Source of the DNA: Gemmatimonadales bacterium
Lineage (GTDB): Bacteria > Gemmatimonadota > Gemmatimonadetes > Gemmatimonadales > GWC2-71-9
DNA length: 64,000 nt
Reading direction: 5' to 3'
Assembly: GCA_035278885.1 (NCBI GenBank)
Contig: DATEIR010000004.1
Location: forward strand, 5,262 to 69,261
The notes beneath the pieces were generated by a model, which saw only the letters and a list, made by a program, of their open reading frames with translations, made no database searches and was not told the origin of the DNA. Every line of letters begins with the position of its first letter. Position 1 is the stretch's first letter. Both the position numbers and the translations under genes were made by a program. Below are positions 50,266-61,196 of the stretch, piece by piece.

Positions 50266-52497
50266 ATGTCCCGGCTCCTGATCGTGGCCAACCGGCTCCC
50301 GATCACCGTCCGCCCCACCGACTCCGGGGTGGAGGTGGAGCGGAGCACCGGCGGCCTGGCGACCGGCCTGCTCCGCCCGCACGCGGAGGGCGACGGGTTG
50401 TGGATCGGCTGGTCCGGCGCCGCGCCGGAGACGCTGACCCCCTCGCAGCAGGACGCCCTCGACCGCGAGCTGGCCGATCAGCGGCTGGTCGGCGTCACCC
50501 TCTCCAGCGATCAGGTCAACCGCTACTACGAAGGCTTCTCCAACGGGGTCCTCTGGCCCCTGTTTCACTACCTGCTCGACCAGGTTCCCCTGCAGGTGAG
50601 CGGCTGGGACAGCTACGTCGAGGTCAACCAGCGCTTCGCCGACGTGGTCGCCGCGCAGTACCAGAAGGACGATCTGGTCTGGGTTCACGACTATCAGCTG
50701 CTCCTGCTGCCCGGGCTCCTCCGCCGCCGGCTGCCCGAAGCCCGGATCGGATTCTTCCTCCACATTCCGTTCCCCTCGGAGGAGCTCTTCCGCACCCTGC
50801 CGGCCCGGGCGCAGCTCCTCGAGGGGGTGCTCGGCGCCGACCTGGTCGGCTTTCACACGCCGGCCTACCTGCGGCACTTCGCCACGGCGCTGACCGACAT
50901 TCTCGGCCTCACGGTGGACATCGACCGGGTGCAGCTCCCCGGCCGTGAGGTCCGCCTGGGGGTCTTTCCGATGGGCGTAGACAGCGCCTCGTTCGACACG
51001 CTCGCCCGCGACCCGGCCGTCGAGGCCGAGGCGGAGGCGCTCCGCGGCGATGGAAGCGTGCGGATGCTGGTCGGGGTGGACCGGCTGGACTACACCAAGG
51101 GCATTCCCCGGCGGCTGCTGGCCTACGAGCGGATGCTGCAGAGCCACCCCGAGCTGCGGGAGAGGGTCCGGCTGGTGCAGGTGGCGGTGCCTTCGCGCAC
51201 CGGGGTCGAGGCCTATCAGGAGTACCGCTCCCTGGTGGACCAGCTGGTGGGGCGGATCAACGGCACCTTCGGCACGGCGCGCTGGGTCCCGGTCCATTAC
51301 ATCTTCCGCGCCCTCTCGGTGTCCGACCTGGTGGCGCTCTATCGCGCTGCCGACGTGATGGTGGTGACGCCCCTCCGCGACGGGATGAACCTGGTCGCCA
51401 AGGAATTCGTCGCGTCCCGGAGCGACGGCGACGGCGTGCTGGTGCTGAGCGAGTTCGCCGGGGCAGCATGGGAGCTGCCCGAGGCGGTGCTGGTGAATCC
51501 CTACGACACCGACGGCACCGCCGAGGGATTCTATCGGGCGCTGAGCATGGAGCCGGACGAGCGGAAGGCGCGGCTCGCACCGCTCCGGAACCGGGTGCGG
51601 ACCTTCGACGTGCACCAGTGGGTGAGCTCGTTCCTGGAGCAGCTCGAAGGGGTGTCCCGTCCGTCGGTGCGAACCGTGTCCCCCGCCGCGGGCGAGACCG
51701 CGCTCCGGGCCGAGCTGGTTCAGGCGCTCGAGCGCACCGAGGAGCTCCTGCTCCTGCTCGACTACGACGGGACCCTGGTCCCGTTCACCGCCACGCCCGA
51801 GCTGGCCCGCCCCGATGCCGGCCTGCTGACGCTCCTGCGCCGCCTGGCGGAACGACGCGACACCGAAGTGCACATCGTGAGCGGGCGGAGCCGGGAAGCG
51901 CTGGAGCAGTGGATGGGCACGCTGCCGGTCTGGCTTCACGCCGAGCACGGCTTCTGGTCCCGTCCCCGCGGCGCGCGCGACTGGGTGCCCGCCGCGGAGG
52001 TAGGCGGCTCCTGGCGCGAGCCGGTGCTGCACATCCTCCGCGACATCACCGCCCGCACCCCCGGATCGCTGATCGAGGTGAAGGCGGTGGCCATCGCCTG
52101 GCACTACCGGATGGCCGACCTGGAGACCGGCGCCCGCCGGGCCAACGAGCTCCGGCTGCACCTGAACCAGCTCCTCAGCAATCAGCCGGTGGAAATCCTG
52201 GCGGGCAACCGGGTGCTGGAGATCCGGCCGCACGGGATCCACAAGGGACGGATCGTGCCGCCGCTGCCGCCGGAGCGGCTGGCGCGGACCGCGGTAGTGG
52301 CGATCGGCGACGACCGCACTGACGAGGACCTGTTCGTCAGCCTGCCGCCCGAGGCGATCACCGTGCGCGTCGGTCCCGGGCCGACCCGGGCGCACTACCG
52401 GCTGGAGGGGACCGGAGCGGTGCGCGGCGTGCTGCAGCTCCTCGCCGACTCCGGGGTCCGGGCCGGTGCGGGCGCGCCGGAGCCAGCCTCCCGATGA
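50266..52497 (+). CDS. bifunctional trehalose-6-phosphate synthase/phosphatase (OtsA-OtsB fusion)
   Basis: [35 protein letters not shown] motifs DYDGTL and GDDRTDED. Confidence 0.95.
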   Translation: MSRLLIVANRLPITVRPTDSGVEVERSTGGLATGLLRPHAEGDGLWIGWSGAAPETLTPSQQDALDRELADQRLVGVTLSSDQVNRYYEGFSNGVLWPLFHYLLDQVPLQVSGWDSYVEVNQRFADVVAAQYQKDDLVWVHDYQLLLLPGLLRRRLPEARIGFFLHIPFPSEELFRTLPARAQLLEGVLGADLVGFHTPAYLRHFATALTDILGLTVDIDRVQLPGREVRLGVFPMGVDSASFDTLARDPAVEAEAEALRGDGSVRMLVGVDRLDYTKGIPRRLLAYERMLQSHPELRERVRLVQVAVPSRTGVEAYQEYRSLVDQLVGRINGTFGTARWVPVHYIFRALSVSDLVALYRAADVMVVTPLRDGMNLVAKEFVASRSDGDGVLVLSEFAGAAWELPEAVLVNPYDTDGTAEGFYRALSMEPDERKARLAPLRNRVRTFDVHQWVSSFLEQLEGVSRPSVRTVSPAAGETALRAELVQALERTEELLLLLDYDGTLVPFTATPELARPDAGLLTLLRRLAERRDTEVHIVSGRSREALEQWMGTLPVWLHAEHGFWSRPRGARDWVPAAEVGGSWREPVLHILRDITARTPGSLIEVKAVAIAWHYRMADLETGARRANELRLHLNQLLSNQPVEILAGNRVLEIRPHGIHKGRIVPPLPPERLARTAVVAIGDDRTDEDLFVSLPPEAITVRVGPGPTRAHYRLEGTGAVRGVLQLLADSGVRAGAGAPEPASR

Positions 52498-53075
52498 GCG
52501 CCGCACTTCCGCTCGCGATACCGACGCTCGACCCACCGGTCGCTCCGCGGGACCATGCGGCGGGGCCCGCGGGCGCCCGGGTCACCCTGGTGGAGTACGC
52601 CGACTTCGAGTGCCCCAGCTGTGGCGCGGCGCACGGGGTGATCCAGGCCGCGCGCCGCGCCTTCGGGGACAATCTGCGGCTGGTCTTCCGGCACTTTCCG
52701 CTGCGCGACTCCCATCCTCACGCGCTCGACGCCGCGCGGGCGGCGGAGGCGGCGGCGGAGCAGGGGCAGTTCTGGCCGATGCACGACCGGCTGTTCGAGC
52801 GGCAGCACGCGCTCGATCCGGGCGATCTCGTCCGGCACGCCCGCAAGGTCGGGCTCGACGTGGTGCGGTGGGGTCGGGTGATGGCCCTGGCCTCCACCGA
52901 GGAGCGGGTGCTGGGCGACCTGGCGAGCGGCCGGCGCAGCGGCGTGCGGGGCACACCGACCCTGTTCATCAACGGAGCGCGCTACGAGGGGCTGGTCGAG
53001 CGGGGCGCGCTCATCGATACCCTGGCGCGGGCCGCGCTCGGGAGCCGGCAGCCCGGTCCCGGGAGGCAGACATGA
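52494..53075 (+). CDS. DsbA-like thioredoxin-fold protein
   Basis: EYADFECPSC, FRHFPL, GTPTLFING; no signal peptide. Confidence 0.9.
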   Translation: MSAALPLAIPTLDPPVAPRDHAAGPAGARVTLVEYADFECPSCGAAHGVIQAARRAFGDNLRLVFRHFPLRDSHPHALDAARAAEAAAEQGQFWPMHDRLFERQHALDPGDLVRHARKVGLDVVRWGRVMALASTEERVLGDLASGRRSGVRGTPTLFINGARYEGLVERGALIDTLARAALGSRQPGPGRQT

Positions 53076-54055
53076 CCGCCAAGTTGCCCTCCGGCTCGAC
53101 CGCCCGCGAGACGGTTCGGGAGATCGGCCGTCACACCGTGGTCCGGCTGGTCGGCTACTACGTGATCGCCGGCAGCTTGCTGCTGCTGCTGAGTGCGATG
53201 CTGCCGGAGCATAGCCCGCCCGGCCTGGCTCCCGCGGCACCGATGCCGTCCACCATGAGCGGCATGCTGGACTGGTTCCGCGGCCGGATGGCGCTCTTTC
53301 CCCATGGGGCGCCGCGCTGGGTGGACGCCCTGCTGCAGATGGTGGGCGCGGTGCTGCTTGTGATCCCGCTGGCCTTCACCTACGTGCGGACCCGCACCCG
53401 CGTGAAGTTCGATCACTCCCTGGTGCAGACCGTGATCGTGCTGCCCATCGTGGTCACCGCGATCCTCGTCGTGGTGCGCGACAGCCTGGCGCTGGCCTTC
53501 AGCCTCGCCGGCATCGTGGCCGCGGTCCGCTTCCGCAACAACCTTCGGGAGTCGGGCGACGCGGTCTACATCTTCGGCGCCATCGGCATCGGCTTCGCGT
53601 CGGGCATCCACGCGCTGAGCGTGGCCGCGGTGCTCTCGATCGTCTTCGTCGTGGTGGAGCTGGCGCTCTGGAAATTCAACTTCAGCGCCGATTTCGAGCG
53701 GACCTTCGCCCGGCTCTGCCTGCCATCCGGGGCCGACCTGAGCGGCCTACCCGAGCTGCGCGAGCCCGCGCGCGCCGAGCCGGCGGCGGTCCCATCGGCG
53801 GACGGCAAGAGCACCCGGCTTCGGATCTACGTGGACCGGGTGGATGCGGCCCGACCGCTGATCGAGGCGGTGCTGGCCCGCGACGCCAAGCGGTGGACCT
53901 TCGAGGCAGAGGAACCCCCGGCTGACGGCGGCGCGCCGGTCCTGGCCTACCGGGTGCGGCCGCGCAAGAGCGTGGGGCTCGAGGGGCTGCGGAGCAATCT
54001 CCTGCGCGAGGGCGCGCCGCACGTGGTGGCCGCGGACGACACCCCGGAGCTCTGA
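53072..54055 (+). CDS. DUF4956 domain membrane protein
   Basis: SLALAFSLAGIVAAVRFRN..DAVYIF; GGGAGG SD. Confidence 0.8.
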   Translation: MTAKLPSGSTARETVREIGRHTVVRLVGYYVIAGSLLLLLSAMLPEHSPPGLAPAAPMPSTMSGMLDWFRGRMALFPHGAPRWVDALLQMVGAVLLVIPLAFTYVRTRTRVKFDHSLVQTVIVLPIVVTAILVVVRDSLALAFSLAGIVAAVRFRNNLRESGDAVYIFGAIGIGFASGIHALSVAAVLSIVFVVVELALWKFNFSADFERTFARLCLPSGADLSGLPELREPARAEPAAVPSADGKSTRLRIYVDRVDAARPLIEAVLARDAKRWTFEAEEPPADGGAPVLAYRVRPRKSVGLEGLRSNLLREGAPHVVAADDTPEL

Positions 54056-54114
54056 CAGGATTCTGTCACGCGGCGCGTAGACGCGCCTCCGGGGTCGAGC
54101 GCATACATGAGGGC

Positions 54115-55548
<1,434 letters not shown>

Positions 55549-55630
55549 GGCGGAGGGTCGGAGGAAGTGTGTTGCGCGATTGTAATCGTGCGCTGAGGCA
55601 GATCACTGAGCGAGAGAGTCGACCGCGCCG

Positions 55631-57343
55631 ATGCGTCGTTCCTGGTTGTCGCTAATCACCGGCTACCCTGCGACCCTGCGTCCCGGCGACCCTGCGCCTC
55701 CTGACCGCGGCCCTTCGCCCCTGCGCCCATCGGTACTCCTCACCCTCACCCTCCTCCTGGCCGGGCTGCTGGCCTTCGAGGCCCAGCGAGCCACCCGCTC
55801 GCACCGGGTGACCGCGGAGCGGGCCCTGCGCGACTACGCCGCCGTGGCCGCGCACGAGTTGCTCGTCTCCAACTCCGAGGAGCTCGACGATCTGCTGGCG
55901 CCCGCGCTGGCCCCGGTCGTCGGGAGCCCGGGGGCGTCACCCTACGACTCGCTGCCGGCGCCGAGCGCGATCGCGGGCGCCCTCGAGCTGATGCCCGCCT
56001 GCGCTGAGGGAGCCGATGCCGGCCGGTTCGTCTTCTCGCTCGACTTCCGGAGCGGCAGCGTGGTCACCGCGGGTGCGCCCGCGCCGACGGCCCTGAAGGA
56101 CTGGCTGGCTCAGGCCGTTCGTCCAACCGATGGGCTCGGCGCCGCCTGGGGCGCCGGTCCCGGGCGTGACCGGGTGGCGCTGTACCGGGTCAAGACGATC
56201 CGCTACAGCGGGTTCGCCGCGCATGAAGCGCCGCTCGCCGCCTACGGCGTCGTCGTGTGCCGCTCCGCGCTCGCCAGGGTGCTCTCGCGGGCGCTTCCGC
56301 GGCGCCCGTTGCTACCGCCGTCGGTCACCGGCGGGATCTCCAACGCGGCGCTCGCGGCGCTCGAGGTGCGAGGTCCCGACGGCAGCGTGCTCTGGCGCGC
56401 CGGCCCCGCCGCCGGCAGCGAGTACGCCGGGGCGCCGGCCGCCGATTCCGCGCGTGGCCTCACCGCCCGAGCGGCATTTCCGCCGGCCGTGGCCGCCCGG
56501 CTGGCATTGGTCGAGCCGCGGAGCCGCTTGCCGGTGCTGCTCCTGCTGCTCGCGCTCACCGGAGGGCTGGGAGTGGTCGCGCTCCGGCAGCTTCGGCGGG
56601 AACAGGAGCTCGCCCGCCTGCGCGCCGACTTCACCAGCAGCGTCTCCCACGAGCTCCGGACCCCGCTCACCCAGATTCTCCTCTATGCCGAAACCCTCGA
56701 GCTCGGCCGGTTGGCCGGGGACGACGAGCGACGCCAGGCCCTCGGCGTGATCGTGCAGGAAGCCCGGCGCCTGGCCCATCTGGTGGAGAACGTGCTCCAG
56801 TACTCCCGCGCCGAGCGGCGGGGCACGCTGGTGCATCCGGAACGCCGGTCGCTCGCGCCGCTGGCCCGGGAGATCGTGGAGCGGTTCACTCCGCTGGCGG
56901 GGACGGCGTCGGTGCGACTGCGGACCGAGCTGGACGAGACCGTGCTCGCGCCGGTGGATGCGGATGCGCTCACCCAGATTCTCCTCAACCTGCTCGACAA
57001 CGCCTTCCGGCACGGGGGCGATACCGGGGCCGTGGTGCTGCGCCTCGGCCTGCACGGCACGCTCGCGCGTCTCGAGGTGGAAGACGGCGGGCCCGGCGTG
57101 CCCGCCGCCATGCGGGAGCAGATCTGGGCGCCGTTCGTCCGCATAGACCGCCGCCCCTCGGCGCCGGGCAGCGGAATCGGACTCGCGGTGGTCCGTGAGC
57201 TGGTGCGGGCGCACGGGGGTGAGTGCCGGGTGGAAGAGGCCGAGGGCGGTGGGGCTCGGTTCGTGGTGGAGCTGCCGGGTGCCGCGCGGGCGGCCATGCC
57301 CTCTCCGACTCCGCCGATGGAGGCGCCGTGGCCCGCATCCTGA
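55631..57343 (+). CDS. two-component sensor histidine kinase
   Basis: Two TMs; VSHELRTPL, NLLDNA, EDGGPG, GSGIGL; start uncertain. Confidence 0.9.
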   Translation: MRRSWLSLITGYPATLRPGDPAPPDRGPSPLRPSVLLTLTLLLAGLLAFEAQRATRSHRVTAERALRDYAAVAAHELLVSNSEELDDLLAPALAPVVGSPGASPYDSLPAPSAIAGALELMPACAEGADAGRFVFSLDFRSGSVVTAGAPAPTALKDWLAQAVRPTDGLGAAWGAGPGRDRVALYRVKTIRYSGFAAHEAPLAAYGVVVCRSALARVLSRALPRRPLLPPSVTGGISNAALAALEVRGPDGSVLWRAGPAAGSEYAGAPAADSARGLTARAAFPPAVAARLALVEPRSRLPVLLLLLALTGGLGVVALRQLRREQELARLRADFTSSVSHELRTPLTQILLYAETLELGRLAGDDERRQALGVIVQEARRLAHLVENVLQYSRAERRGTLVHPERRSLAPLAREIVERFTPLAGTASVRLRTELDETVLAPVDADALTQILLNLLDNAFRHGGDTGAVVLRLGLHGTLARLEVEDGGPGVPAAMREQIWAPFVRIDRRPSAPGSGIGLAVVRELVRAHGGECRVEEAEGGGARFVVELPGAARAAMPSPTPPMEAPWPAS

Positions 57344-58020
57344 TCGTCGAGGACAACCGCAACCTCGCCCACGGGCTCCGGACCAACCTCGAGTTCGAGG
57401 GACATCAGGCGGAGATCGCCTCCGATGGCGACGCCGGCCTGCGCCGGGCCCGGAGCGGCGAGCACGACATCGTCGTGCTCGACCTCATGCTGCCCGAGCT
57501 GGACGGGTACCACATCCTGGAGACGCTTCGGCGCGAGGGGCACATCGTGCCCGTCCTGGTGCTCACGGCGCGCGGCGACGAGGCGGACAAGGTGCGCGGA
57601 CTCGACAGCGGGGCCGACGACTACGTCACCAAGCCGTTCGCGCTGCGGGAGCTGCTCGCCCGGGTGGCGGCACTCCTCCGCCGAAGCGCCGCCAGGTCCC
57701 CGGACTCATCGGGAGGTCCGGCGGCGATCCGTTTCGGCGACGTCGAGCTCGACCCGGCGATTCGCGAGGTCCGGCGAAGCGGCGCGCCCGTGGCCCTCCG
57801 GCCCAAGGAGTACGAGCTGCTCCACGCCCTCGCCCGACGGGAAGGACGGCTGGCCGAGCGGAGTGAGCTCCTCCGTGAGGTCTGGGGCTATCACGAAAGC
57901 GTGCTGAGCCGCACGCTGGACACGCACATCGGAGAGCTGCGGCGCAAGCTGGAAGCCGACCCTTCGGCGCCGAGGCACATCCTCACGGTCCGGAAGGCGG
58001 GGTATCGGTTGGTGGGGTAG
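57328..58020 (+). CDS. OmpR/PhoB family response regulator
   Basis: ILIVED, LDLMLP, GADDYVTKPF, winged HTH; GGAGG SD before GTG. Confidence 0.95.
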   Translation: MARILIVEDNRNLAHGLRTNLEFEGHQAEIASDGDAGLRRARSGEHDIVVLDLMLPELDGYHILETLRREGHIVPVLVLTARGDEADKVRGLDSGADDYVTKPFALRELLARVAALLRRSAARSPDSSGGPAAIRFGDVELDPAIREVRRSGAPVALRPKEYELLHALARREGRLAERSELLREVWGYHESVLSRTLDTHIGELRRKLEADPSAPRHILTVRKAGYRLVG

Positions 58021-58066
58021 CCTGCGCCACCTTGCCCCCTCGTCTCCTCGCCCCCTTCTTCCCCCC

Positions 58067-59188
58067 ATGCCCCGCATCGAGACCCTCGCCGTGCATGCCG
58101 GCCACGTCCCTGACCCGGGCACCGGCGCGGTGAGTCCACCGATCCACCTCTCCACCACCTTCGCGCGACACCCCGACGGGACGCTTCCGCAGGGATTTCT
58201 CTACGCCCGGAGCGACAATCCGAACCGCCACGCGCTGGAGGACGCCCTGGCATCCCTGGAAGGTGGGGCGGTGGCGCTGGCGTTCGCGTCGGGAATGGCG
58301 GCCACCACGGCCATCGTCCAGGCGCTCGCCGCGGGCGATCACGTCATCGCGCCGACCGACGCCTATTACGGCACGGCGAAGGTGCTGCGCGAGGTGTTCG
58401 GCCGGTGGGGATTGGCGTCCACCTTCGTCGACCTGACCGACGCGGCCGCGGTGCAGCGGGCCGTGACGCCGACTACCCGGCTGATCTGGGTCGAAACTCC
58501 GTCCAATCCCACTCTCGCGGTCACCGACATCGCCCGGATTTCCGCCATCGCGCGGGAGGCCGGTGCCTGGTGCGTCTGCGACAACACCTGGGCGACGCCG
58601 CTGCTGCAGCGGCCGCTCGAGCTGGGTGCGCACGCCGTGATGCACGCGACCACGAAATACCTCGGCGGCCACAGCGACGTGACCGGCGGGGCATTGATCC
58701 TGGGGGAAGCCGGCGAGCTGGCCGACCGGCTGCGAGTGATCCAGACCGTGGGCGGTGCGATTCCATCTGCCTTCGACTGCTGGCTGGTCCACCGCGGGAT
58801 CCGCACCCTGCCCTGGCGGATGCGGGGCCACTGCGACAACGCGGAGCGAGTGGCCGCCTTCCTGGCCGGTCATCCCCGGGTGGAGGCGGTTCACTACCCC
58901 GGGCTGCGCGGCGACCCGGGACACGCGGTGGCGCGCCGCCAGATGACCCGGTTCGGCGGGATGGTCTCGTTTCAGGTGAAGGGTGGGGCGGAGGCGGCGC
59001 TCGGTGTGGCATCGCGGGTCCGGCTCTTCACCCGGGCCACGAGTCTGGGCGGGCCGGAAAGCCTGATCGAGCATCGGGCCTCGGTGGAAGGACCCGAGTC
59101 CCGCACGCCTCCAGGGCTGCTCCGGTTGTCGGTGGGGTTGGAGCACGCCGACGACCTGGTCGAGGATCTCGGCCAGGCCCTCGGCTGA
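58067..59188 (+). CDS. PLP-dependent trans-sulfuration enzyme (cystathionine gamma-synthase/lyase family)
   Basis: YARSDNP, FASGMAA, ETPSNP, ATTKYLGGHSD, SLGGPESL, RLSVGLE. Confidence 0.93.
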   Translation: MPRIETLAVHAGHVPDPGTGAVSPPIHLSTTFARHPDGTLPQGFLYARSDNPNRHALEDALASLEGGAVALAFASGMAATTAIVQALAAGDHVIAPTDAYYGTAKVLREVFGRWGLASTFVDLTDAAAVQRAVTPTTRLIWVETPSNPTLAVTDIARISAIAREAGAWCVCDNTWATPLLQRPLELGAHAVMHATTKYLGGHSDVTGGALILGEAGELADRLRVIQTVGGAIPSAFDCWLVHRGIRTLPWRMRGHCDNAERVAAFLAGHPRVEAVHYPGLRGDPGHAVARRQMTRFGGMVSFQVKGGAEAALGVASRVRLFTRATSLGGPESLIEHRASVEGPESRTPPGLLRLSVGLEHADDLVEDLGQALG

Positions 59189-59198
59189 GGCGGAACGT

Positions 59199-59630
59199 CT
59201 AGTCGTTGTCCGGCTGGGCGGCGGTCAGGGCCTGAGGCTTGATGCGGCGGATCGCGCGCTTGGCGCCGGCGGCCACCTCGTCGTTGATATCCTCCTGCAT
59301 GACCTTGAGCAGCCTGGGCACCGCCGCCTCGGCGCCGGGGCCGATCTCGCCCAGCGCCACGGTCACCGGGAACCGCACCGCGGCGATCGGGTCGTCGAGG
59401 CTCTCGATCAGGGCGGGCACCGCGGCCGCGGCGGCGGGACCCATTCCGGAGATCTCGTAGGCGGCCGCGTTTCGAGTCTGCGGGGCCGGCGCCTTGAGGT
59501 CGGCAATCCACTCGCTCAGCGATCGCCCGTCGGAAACCGGCTCCTTCCCGGTGGCCGCCCCCTGGGCCGCGAGGGGCCCGGTGGCGAGCGTGAAGGCGAG
59601 GGCGGCGGAGCCGAGCGCACGAGTCAGCAT
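59199..59630 (-). CDS. secreted HEAT-repeat protein
   Basis: Signal peptide; AAVPALIESLDD..VR..ALGEIGP..AAVPRL. Confidence 0.75.
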   Translation of the reverse strand: MLTRALGSAALAFTLATGPLAAQGAATGKEPVSDGRSLSEWIADLKAPAPQTRNAAAYEISGMGPAAAAAVPALIESLDDPIAAVRFPVTVALGEIGPGAEAAVPRLLKVMQEDINDEVAAGAKRAIRRIKPQALTAAQPDND

Positions 59631-59756
59631 GTTTCCTCCAGAGTGGTCATCAGGGCGCCTCGGGCGCCATGCCGAAATATATCCCCCCCGGGAAACTTCC
59701 CCCGGGCCGATTCCGAAGTGGCAGCCGTGACCCATTCACCTCCACCGACCGGACCC

Positions 59757-61139
59757 ATGATCCGACTTCGCCCCGTCCTGGCGCTCCCCATCCTCCTGAT
59801 CACCTTCGCGGTTGCTCCACTGGCGGCCCAGACCCGGTCGGCGCCGAGGGACTACCGCGCCGTAGCCGACAGCCTCATCCGGGCCGCCACCGGCGACAGC
59901 GCCGCCTACCGGCGACTCGGCGATCTGGTGGATCGGTTCGGCCACCGGCTGGCCGGGTCGCCCAGCCTGGAGGCCGCGATCGACTGGATCCTCGCCGAGA
60001 TGCGGAAGGACGGACTGAGCAACGTGCGGGGCGAGCCGGTGATGGTGACGAGCTGGGTCCGGGGCCAGGAGTCGGTGAACCTGGTCTCGCCCCGCCGTAT
60101 GCCGCTCCGCATGCTCGGACTCGGCGGAAGCGTGAGCACTCCGCCGGACGGGATCACCGCCCGGGTGCTGGTGGTCTCCAGCTTCGACGAGCTGGAGCGG
60201 CGTCGGGCCGAAGCCCGAGGGCGGATCGTGCTGTTCGACGCGCCGTTCACCGAGTACGGCGAGACCCGGCGGTACCGCACCGACGGGGCGGTCGCCGCGG
60301 CGCGGGCCGGCGCGGTCGCCTCGCTGATCCGGTCGGTCGCGCCGTTCTCGATCCGGAGCCCGCACACCGGACGGGTCTCCTACCAGGCCGACGCGGCCAG
60401 GATCCCCGCCGCGGCGCTCAGCAACGAGGACGCCATGATGCTCCACCGGATGCAGGACCGGGGAGACAGCGTGGTGGTCACCCTCAGGATGCAGGCCCAT
60501 CAGCTGCCCGACGCCCAGTCCCGCAACGTGGTGGCGGAAGTCGTCGGACGGATCGAGCCCGACGAGGTGGTCGTGCTGGGTGGGCATATCGACAGCTGGG
60601 ACGTAGGCCAGGGCGCGATGGACGACGGCGGCGGGTCGGTGGCGGCATGGGAGGCGGTCCGGCTGATCCGGAAGCTGGGGCTGCATCCTCGTCGCACCAT
60701 TCGCGTGGTGCTCTGGACCAACGAGGAGAACGGCGTGGAGGGCGGCGCGGCTTACCTGGAGCGGCATCGTGATTCCCTGACCAGCCACGTGATGGCGATG
60801 GAATCCGACGGCGGGGTGTTCAACCCCCGGGGCGTGCTGGTCGCCGGGACACCCCAGGCGGTCGAGGTGGTGCGGCAGGTCGGCCAGCTGCTGCGCCCGA
60901 TCGGCGCCGACCGGGTCACCAAGGTGGACAGCAGCCCCGAGGCCGATATCGAGCCGATGGTGACGCTCGGGGTACCGGGCGTCGGGCTCGACGTGGACGC
61001 CTCGCGCTATTTCTGGTATCACCACAGCGACGGCGACACCCTCGATAAGCTCGACCCGGCGGAGATGGGTCGCTGCGTCGCCCTCATGGCCGTCATGGCC
61101 TACGTGATCGCCGACCTGCCGGTCCGGCTGCCCAGTTAG
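59757..61139 (+). CDS. M28 family peptidase (carboxypeptidase Q-like) with PA domain
   Basis: GGHIDSWD, GAMDDG, NEENG, ESDGG, YHHSDGD. Confidence 0.92.
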   Translation: MIRLRPVLALPILLITFAVAPLAAQTRSAPRDYRAVADSLIRAATGDSAAYRRLGDLVDRFGHRLAGSPSLEAAIDWILAEMRKDGLSNVRGEPVMVTSWVRGQESVNLVSPRRMPLRMLGLGGSVSTPPDGITARVLVVSSFDELERRRAEARGRIVLFDAPFTEYGETRRYRTDGAVAAARAGAVASLIRSVAPFSIRSPHTGRVSYQADAARIPAAALSNEDAMMLHRMQDRGDSVVVTLRMQAHQLPDAQSRNVVAEVVGRIEPDEVVVLGGHIDSWDVGQGAMDDGGGSVAAWEAVRLIRKLGLHPRRTIRVVLWTNEENGVEGGAAYLERHRDSLTSHVMAMESDGGVFNPRGVLVAGTPQAVEVVRQVGQLLRPIGADRVTKVDSSPEADIEPMVTLGVPGVGLDVDASRYFWYHHSDGDTLDKLDPAEMGRCVALMAVMAYVIADLPVRLPS

Positions 61140-61196
61140 GCGCTGCGGGAAACCGGCGGTCCAGGGCCCTCGTAGACCGAAGTATCTCTTCGGAAC

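Noticed and set aside
48216..52536. 710-aa and 768-aa minus-strand ORFs
   Set aside because: Antisense to the well-supported M1 peptidase and TPS/TPP genes.
58021..58066. SAM riboswitch before the trans-sulfuration gene
   Set aside because: Intergenic region is only about 46 nt with no SAM-riboswitch consensus.
61177..61195. CCGAAG-N5-CTTCGG palindrome as a second copy of the candidate SOS box
   Set aside because: Inverted rather than direct geometry, and the downstream gene is unrelated to repair.
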